From Flavobacteriales bacterium (lineage in GTDB: Bacteria > Bacteroidota > Bacteroidia > UBA4408): 64,000 nt of DNA. The notes below the pieces were generated by a model. The model worked only from the letters and a program-made list of their open reading frames with translations. It was not told the origin of the DNA and ran no database searches. The stretch covers positions 7,766 to 71,765 of the forward strand of contig JBEIDK010000002.1 of NCBI GenBank assembly GCA_040383485.1. The letters are read 5' to 3'. A program made the translations under genes and the position numbers. This document shows positions 57,736-64,000 of this stretch, one piece after another (position 1 is the first letter of the stretch; each line of letters begins with the position of its first letter).

Positions 57736-60700
57736 ATGACAAAATTAATTACACAAAAAGCCAATACAAAATTGGCAGTTAGCTTAAAAAACTATCTTTT
57801 AAGTTGTAAAAACCAAACCAACTACCTTACTTGTTTGCTCATTTTACTTTTTTCAGGTATGGGATGGGGGCAGAGTACTGCAAATTACAACTTCACAGTT
57901 GGAACAAGCACACTTAACAATATGACAGGTAGTACTAGTATTATGAATGGCATTCAAGATGATCTTGGCAGCACAGTATTCCCTATTGGTTTTAACTTCA
58001 TCTATATGGGAACAAGTTATTCTCACATAAGTGTAAACAGTAACGGACAAGCTAGACTTCATACATCAAGTGGCGCGACTGCAATAAGTGGTTCAGCTAT
58101 TTCATCATATTCTTCAGCTACAGTTACAATTGCACCAATGGCTGGTGATAATCAAGTAGGAAATGGAATGTCTTATTTGGTTACAGGTTCAGCACCAAAC
58201 AGAAAATTGATTATTGAATGGAATAAATTTTATGTAAGTCTTACAGATGTAAATTCTGGTAATATGCAATTGGTGCTTTATGAGGGGACTGGAGTGTTTG
58301 AGTTTATTTATGGTAATATTGTGAATTCAGCTTCTAGTACTAGGTCGAGATCTATTTTTCACAGTTCAGGAAGTACATCAAATACATCAGCTTTTATTAC
58401 GGTTGGTACAACTCCAACAATAAATACTACAGCTACTTCACCAATTGATAATAATTTTGCAGCAAGTGTAGCAATTGCAAATTTAGCTAATAGAATGTTT
58501 ACTTTTACTCCACCTATACCGGTATCTGGGCCTACTAATCTTACTTTTACTAATGTATCTGCTTCATCTATGACACTGAACTGGACAGCTGCTACGCCTA
58601 CTACAGGAATTGTACGATATGTGGTGCAACGTTCTGCTGATGGGGGAATTACTTATCCTGTAAGTACAAATGTAGCATTAGGCACCAATACACTTGTTGT
58701 AACTGGTTTATCTCCAAGCACAAGCTACACGTATAGAGTAGTAGCTGTGAGCGAAGGAGTAGAGAGTGCTCCTGCATCGGCCTCTCAATCAACAAATGCT
58801 CCTACAACTTATACTTGGATAGCCACTTCTGGTACTGCTTCTTGGGTAACACCTACAAGTTGGTCACCTGATAGAACAACTCCAGACGCTACAGATATTT
58901 TAAATTTTAGTAATGGTGGTAGTTCTATTGTTACAAGTATTCCTACTCAAACAGTTGGTAATATTGTATTTTCTAATAATACAACAGCAAATTTTCAGGC
59001 AGCTTCGACAGCCACCTTAACTTCGGGTGGGCTTACAATTCCTTCTGGGAGTACATTAATGTCTAATGGAACTACTGCGGCACTTACAATAGCTTTTTCT
59101 TCAGGTGCAGTTAATACAATTGGAGGAAGATTGGAAATATCAAATACAGGTACACCTGCCAATGGAATAACTTTTGCAAATAGTGTTACCACAATAACTT
59201 CTGCAGGAACTCTTGCTGCAGGTGGTTCTGTTGCCGCAACTGTAACTGGTACTACTTCTACTCTTGTAATTAATGGAACTTATGAGCACAACTATACAAC
59301 GGTTTCCGGTACAATCCCTACAGCTACTTGGGCAGCTACATCTAATCTCAACATTAATTCGTTTACTAGTAATACTTCGCTTCCAACAGGATTAATTGGT
59401 CAAACTTTTGGTAACCTAACATGGAATTGCACAGCACAAACCGGAAATATTTCTTTGGGTGGTAATAGCATAACTTGCGCAGGAACTTTCACCATGACAT
59501 CCACTAACACTGGCTCTCTAAGATTAGGTGCTTCATTAAATGGAGTTATAGCCACAAATAATTTCATTCAGACGGGAGGAACAATCGATTGTAGTTCATC
59601 AACAGGTTCGTCTATAATTAGGGTTTCTGGTACTTTTAATCAATCAGGAGGAACTATTACTGAAACAGGTACTGGCTCGGGAAATATCGAGTTTAATGGT
59701 GTCTTGGCCCAGTCCGTAACTCTTGGTGGCACAATCTCAAATACAATTAACTATAGAATCAATAATAATGCTGGAATTACTTTATCTGGAACAATGGCAA
59801 TTACAACTGGTGCCGGTCTGAGGATTTCATCTACGGCGGCTACTCCAATCAGTGGGGGTACCTTAACATACACTGGCAACACAACTTTAACTTATGACGC
59901 ATCTTCAGGGGCGCAAACGGTTACTGCCAATGAGTTTCCGTGGTCTAATGGTCCTAATAATCTAACTATCAACAATACTTCCACTTCTCCCAACAATGTT
60001 GTTACTATACCTTTTGATAGGACAGTAAATGGTACGCTTACGATGACAAGTGGAGATATTAATATTTCGTCAAATAATCTTACGTTAGGGACATCAACTT
60101 CTGCATTAGGCACTTTGTCTTATACAGCTGGGGCAATTCGTGTAACTTCAGGAACCTTAACAAGATGGTTTGGTACCTCAGGTTTGCCTACTTCAGCGCC
60201 AACTTCAGGGATAGGTTTTTATCCTTTAGCATCTAATTTAAATAATCGTAATGTCGGAGTTTTCTTTAGTACAGCTACAGTATTAAGTTCAGGCGGTACT
60301 ATAACAATTGGCCACACTGATGTTGCGGGACTTTCAACGCTTACTTCTTTTACGGATGCGGGTTACAACGTAGATACAAGAACTAATGCATCATGGACAG
60401 TAACTACTGGAAATGGAATAGCCACATCGGGTACTTTGGGTATGCGTTTGACAGGTGCAGGAGCATGTGCTACACCAACTGTGGCTAATCTTCGATTAAT
60501 GCAAGCAAATGTCGCGGCTGGGGTTCATGCTGCTGGTACAGGAACTACTCCAAATTTTCAAGCAAATAGAACAGGATTATCACTTACTGATATAGCTAAT
60601 ACACATTATATAGGTGCGGGTAATGCAGACATTCAAACGGTATTTAGTTCAGTTGCTTCAGGTGACTGGAATAATCCAGCTACTTGGGATGTTGGTTCAG

Positions 60701-63700
60701 TACCAACTTGTACGGGTAATGTGACAATTATGAATGGACACAATGTAAGCGTTAACTCTGCTTCTAACGTTTCCCGAAATCTTACAGTAAATCCAGGAGG
60801 TACACTATCGGTTGCTTCAGGTGATTTAACTGTAGGATGTACACTAAATAATACACCACTTACAAATAATGGTACTTTAACAGTAAGTGGTGGTACGTTG
60901 AATGTAAATGGGAATATAGTTTCTAATCTAGGTTCAACTTTTAACCAAAGTGGAGGTAATATTAATATTGATGGAAATGCTGCAGGAAATGCTACTAATT
61001 CAGTTGCTTCTGGAACTGCTTTACTTCAATTTAATCAATTGAATTCAGGAATTAATCTTACCGGTGGTACATTAACCGTAGTAGACCCTCACGCAAATGC
61101 TACATCAACGCTTGCTATTGGATATAGTAATTCAACTGCTGGAGGCCAGACTTCTACAATTAATCATACCTTACGTTTAGGTGATGGTATTTCAACTGAT
61201 GCTGGAGGTAATGTAGCAGGATTTAGAGTAGATCCATGGACCGGGACTGCATATTTATCTTTTGGAAATATTATAATAAATGGTGGTTCAGGAATTAATA
61301 GATCTGTAACTATCGCACAATCATTAGCAGCTATAGGTGACGTGACAGTTACAACGGGTTCAACATTAAATTTAAACTCAACACCTTCATTGATTGTAGC
61401 TGGAAATGTAACTGTTAATTCTGGTGGTACATTTATAAATACCGCTAGTATTATTACAGGTATTGTAGCTTCAAATACGAGTAGTCTACTTACATTTGGT
61501 CCATCTACTCTCGCTCAAACTATTGGTGGAAGTGGCACATATCAAAACCTTGCTACTTCACCAACAGCTAATTTAAATTCGTTATCAATTAATAATTCTA
61601 ACGCAACAGGTGTTACAATTTCAATACCATTAAGTATTAGCGGAACATTAACCATGACCGCTGGTAAAATTAATACAACAGCTACCAATCTTTTAACATT
61701 AGGAACATCAACAGCTGCTGGTACATTATCTTATACAGCAGGTCAAATTGCGGGTCCTTTTGCACGAACTTTTGCTACAAGTAGTACTTCCACCGCCTCA
61801 TATGACGCCACAACATTGTTTCCAGTAGGAGATGGTACAAATTATTTACCCATTCATATTGATCCAGTTAATGGTGCGGGTCCAGTTGTGATGCGAGGTC
61901 AAGCGTTTAATTCAAATAGTGGTTCTGCAGGAATTGGCATGGCTTCACCATTATCTAATGATCGTTGGGAAGCATTAGTAACTACTTCTGGCTCTTCTAA
62001 TTTAACAAGTTGTTTTATAGGTTTAAATGATGCCCAAATTGCAACGGGTAATGTTATTGCTCAATCTGCTTCAGCAGCTGGTTTTTATAATGCAATTGCG
62101 CCAGTATCCACAGTAGCTGCAGGGGCTTCTATTAGAACTGCAACGGCTATTCCAGCAGCATCTTACACAGGTTTTTTCACATACGGTTCTCCTTCTGTAG
62201 CTAACACCTGGACAGGAACAACTAGTAGTTCTTGGAATACGGCTAGTAACTGGTCGTTAAATACCGTACCAACTGCTACCGATGATGTATTAATTTCTTC
62301 TAACGGAACGACACCTCCCGTATTAGATGTAGACATAACTATTCCAGCTGGAAAAAGTTTAACCTTATCAGGTACGGGAAGTTTAACTGTTGCACCTGGT
62401 AAAGTGTTAACCATTGCAGGAACTGCTAATTTTGGCGCAAGACCAGTAATCTTTAAATCAGATGCTACAGGTACGGCTATGTTAGGCTCATTAACAGGAA
62501 CACTAACTGGTGCTTCAAATGTCACCGTAGAGCGTTTCATCCCATCTGGCAAACGCGCATTCAGGTTATTAAGCCCAGCGGTTACAACTACCAACTTTAT
62601 TTCAGGCAACTGGCAAGGACAAACCCATATTACGGGTGGTTTAGGTACAACTGGTTTAGGCTTTGACGCTACTGAAACCAATAATCCTTCGATGTTTACG
62701 TATAACAACCAAGCGGCACAGGGGGTAAGCGGTTGGATAGCTATTGCCAACACCAATGCAACAAATTTAACGGCAGGGGTAGGATATAGAATGTTGGTTA
62801 GAGGAGATAGAACCGCTTCAAATATTACAGCTGCTTCAGCTGATAGTATGAATACAGCTGTAACACTAAGTGCTACTGGAACCCTAAGAACAGGAGCAGT
62901 AACTTTAAATTCAAGCAGTACTCCATCAATTAATAATACATCAAACACCACTACAGCAGATTACAGCTTAATAGGTAACCCATACCAAAGTGCAGTAGAT
63001 TGGAATGCGGTAACAAAATCAGGTATCGACGCTACGTACTGGGCTTGGGATCCTAATATGGGTACAACAGCACAAAGAGGACGTTATGTGTCCTTTAACG
63101 GTACAGTTAACAGCGTAGATGGAGGTGTTGGTTCATCAAATGTGGGCCAATTCATACAGCCAGGTCAAGCCTTTTTCGTAAAGAATACAGTTTCAGGCAC
63201 TGCTGGTGCATTAACCTTCCAAGAAGCACACAAAGCTACTACGAATGCCAATGTATTTAGAACAGCAAACCCTACTACCTTAACAGTATCTTTGTATGAT
63301 CCTAATGAATTGGCAATTGGCGGGTATCCTATTGATGCTATGAAAGCGGTTTTTAGTGCAGATTACACAAATGAATTAGGACTTGGTGATGCTGCAAAAT
63401 TAGAAGCGGCAGGTGAAAACATCGCTTGGTTTAGAAACAATATCAAACTAGCCATTGAAGCAGCAGCACCAGCAACTTCATCAGATGAATTAGTAATGAA
63501 AACAATTCGTTTAGGAGCTAATAAAAATTATACGTTCAAAATTAATACCACTAATTTTGATGCTGATTTAACACCGTATTTAGTTGATAATTTCTTAAAT
63601 ACACAAACGCAAATCAGTACTTCAGAAGGTTATTTAGCAAACTTTAGCACCACAAGCAATGTTGCTTCTTACGGTGAAGATCGTTTTAAAATTGTATTCC

Positions 63701-63969
63701 AAAACACGACATTATCAACAGACGATTTTGCAAACAACATCAAATTATATCCAAATCCAGCAAAAGCGGGTGCTAGTTTCTATTTAGATGGCATTACAGA
63801 AGCAACAGTTTCAGTATACAATGTTGTAGGACAAAACATTCCGGTAACGGTAATGAGTCAAGGTAACGCCACTCAGGTAACACCAACAGCAGCATTGAGC
63901 CAAGGGGTTTATCTGATAACAGTTACCACAGCAGGAAAAACAGCACAAGTAAAATGGATTGTAGAATAA
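57736..63969 (+). CDS. large secreted T9SS cargo protein with FN3 domain and type-A (Por) C-terminal sorting domain
   Basis: 2,077 aa. N-terminal hydrophobic segment (LTCLLILLFSGMGWGQ) and an FN3 domain (PTNLTFTNVSASSMTLNWTAA...YRVVAVSEG). A long T/S/G/N-rich beta-helix-like body follows. The C-terminus is IKLYPNPAKAGASFYLDG...VSVYNVVGQNI...QGVYLITVTTAGKTAQVKWIVE. Confidence 0.8.
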   Translation: MTKLITQKANTKLAVSLKNYLLSCKNQTNYLTCLLILLFSGMGWGQSTANYNFTVGTSTLNNMTGSTSIMNGIQDDLGSTVFPIGFNFIYMGTSYSHISVNSNGQARLHTSSGATAISGSAISSYSSATVTIAPMAGDNQVGNGMSYLVTGSAPNRKLIIEWNKFYVSLTDVNSGNMQLVLYEGTGVFEFIYGNIVNSASSTRSRSIFHSSGSTSNTSAFITVGTTPTINTTATSPIDNNFAASVAIANLANRMFTFTPPIPVSGPTNLTFTNVSASSMTLNWTAATPTTGIVRYVVQRSADGGITYPVSTNVALGTNTLVVTGLSPSTSYTYRVVAVSEGVESAPASASQSTNAPTTYTWIATSGTASWVTPTSWSPDRTTPDATDILNFSNGGSSIVTSIPTQTVGNIVFSNNTTANFQAASTATLTSGGLTIPSGSTLMSNGTTAALTIAFSSGAVNTIGGRLEISNTGTPANGITFANSVTTITSAGTLAAGGSVAATVTGTTSTLVINGTYEHNYTTVSGTIPTATWAATSNLNINSFTSNTSLPTGLIGQTFGNLTWNCTAQTGNISLGGNSITCAGTFTMTSTNTGSLRLGASLNGVIATNNFIQTGGTIDCSSSTGSSIIRVSGTFNQSGGTITETGTGSGNIEFNGVLAQSVTLGGTISNTINYRINNNAGITLSGTMAITTGAGLRISSTAATPISGGTLTYTGNTTLTYDASSGAQTVTANEFPWSNGPNNLTINNTSTSPNNVVTIPFDRTVNGTLTMTSGDINISSNNLTLGTSTSALGTLSYTAGAIRVTSGTLTRWFGTSGLPTSAPTSGIGFYPLASNLNNRNVGVFFSTATVLSSGGTITIGHTDVAGLSTLTSFTDAGYNVDTRTNASWTVTTGNGIATSGTLGMRLTGAGACATPTVANLRLMQANVAAGVHAAGTGTTPNFQANRTGLSLTDIANTHYIGAGNADIQTVFSSVASGDWNNPATWDVGSVPTCTGNVTIMNGHNVSVNSASNVSRNLTVNPGGTLSVASGDLTVGCTLNNTPLTNNGTLTVSGGTLNVNGNIVSNLGSTFNQSGGNINIDGNAAGNATNSVASGTALLQFNQLNSGINLTGGTLTVVDPHANATSTLAIGYSNSTAGGQTSTINHTLRLGDGISTDAGGNVAGFRVDPWTGTAYLSFGNIIINGGSGINRSVTIAQSLAAIGDVTVTTGSTLNLNSTPSLIVAGNVTVNSGGTFINTASIITGIVASNTSSLLTFGPSTLAQTIGGSGTYQNLATSPTANLNSLSINNSNATGVTISIPLSISGTLTMTAGKINTTATNLLTLGTSTAAGTLSYTAGQIAGPFARTFATSSTSTASYDATTLFPVGDGTNYLPIHIDPVNGAGPVVMRGQAFNSNSGSAGIGMASPLSNDRWEALVTTSGSSNLTSCFIGLNDAQIATGNVIAQSASAAGFYNAIAPVSTVAAGASIRTATAIPAASYTGFFTYGSPSVANTWTGTTSSSWNTASNWSLNTVPTATDDVLISSNGTTPPVLDVDITIPAGKSLTLSGTGSLTVAPGKVLTIAGTANFGARPVIFKSDATGTAMLGSLTGTLTGASNVTVERFIPSGKRAFRLLSPAVTTTNFISGNWQGQTHITGGLGTTGLGFDATETNNPSMFTYNNQAAQGVSGWIAIANTNATNLTAGVGYRMLVRGDRTASNITAASADSMNTAVTLSATGTLRTGAVTLNSSSTPSINNTSNTTTADYSLIGNPYQSAVDWNAVTKSGIDATYWAWDPNMGTTAQRGRYVSFNGTVNSVDGGVGSSNVGQFIQPGQAFFVKNTVSGTAGALTFQEAHKATTNANVFRTANPTTLTVSLYDPNELAIGGYPIDAMKAVFSADYTNELGLGDAAKLEAAGENIAWFRNNIKLAIEAAAPATSSDELVMKTIRLGANKNYTFKINTTNFDADLTPYLVDNFLNTQTQISTSEGYLANFSTTSNVASYGEDRFKIVFQNTTLSTDDFANNIKLYPNPAKAGASFYLDGITEATVSVYNVVGQNIPVTVMSQGNATQVTPTAALSQGVYLITVTTAGKTAQVKWIVE

Positions 63970-64000
63970 CAACGATAAGCAAAATGAAAAATACAGCAAA

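Noticed and set aside
62163-62951. A 262-aa minus-strand ORF inside the 2,077-aa T9SS cargo gene, plus smaller antisense ORFs at 57853, 58995, 59892 and 63811.
   Set aside because: They are antisense to a long ORF with FN3 and CTD motifs. The translations are low-complexity (V/P/A/L-rich) with no start context or motif. It is the same compositional artefact as in the adhesin gene.

Overview
Low-GC Bacteroidota (Flavobacterium-like) chromosomal window. This assignment rests on T9SS C-terminal sorting domains, SprB-type repeats, a PorP/SprF-like gene, a UpxY-type NusG paralogue and recurrent TAnnTTTG -7 promoter boxes.

Layout:
(1) 0-2.3 kb: SSF symporter and recR.
(2) 2.3-22.7 kb: one ~19.3-kb gene for a ~6,440-aa SprB-family surface adhesin with a type-B T9SS CTD, plus an adjacent PorP/SprF-family partner.
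(3) 22.9-25.1 kb: a thioredoxin-fold protein and a small OM beta-barrel.
(4) 25.2-57.5 kb: a ~32-kb Wzy-type surface-polysaccharide locus. It holds an SDR epimerase-like gene, ugd, a Wza-like OPX, upxY, three small regulator-like genes, a TviB-type dehydrogenase, Wzz, an AT-rich variable cassette, rmlC/D/B/A, a CapD/PglF dehydratase and two PglC-type phosphoglycosyl transferases.
(5) 57.7-64.0 kb: a 2,077-aa type-A-CTD T9SS cargo protein.

No rRNA, tRNA, CRISPR, transposase or integrase was recognised.

Most notable observations:
(a) An ACP-dependent acyl-chain assembly cassette (2 ACP, 2 KASIII, 2 SDR, an AMP-ligase and a Rieske oxygenase, with no dehydratase or enoyl reductase). It sits between a PglC-like transferase plus PglD/NeuD-like acyltransferase and a PglE-like aminotransferase. 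This fits an N-acylated (hydroxyacyl) bacillosamine-type sugar.
(b) The locus has an unusual non-coding architecture. Almost every same-strand gene junction is built from short-period degenerate tandem repeats (period 7, 8, 9-10 or 14 nt) that begin on or next to the upstream stop codon. They are arranged in a fixed module order and, at two junctions, in tandem 175-210-nt composite repeats.
(c) The Wzy-type locus has no Wzx flippase, but an Amj-like small membrane protein is coupled to the polymerase.
(d) The giant adhesin gene contains a 9 x 258-nt tandem array with a 1,287-nt higher-order duplication and a near-identical conversion tract.

All functional calls come from motif reading by eye. 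No database search was possible.
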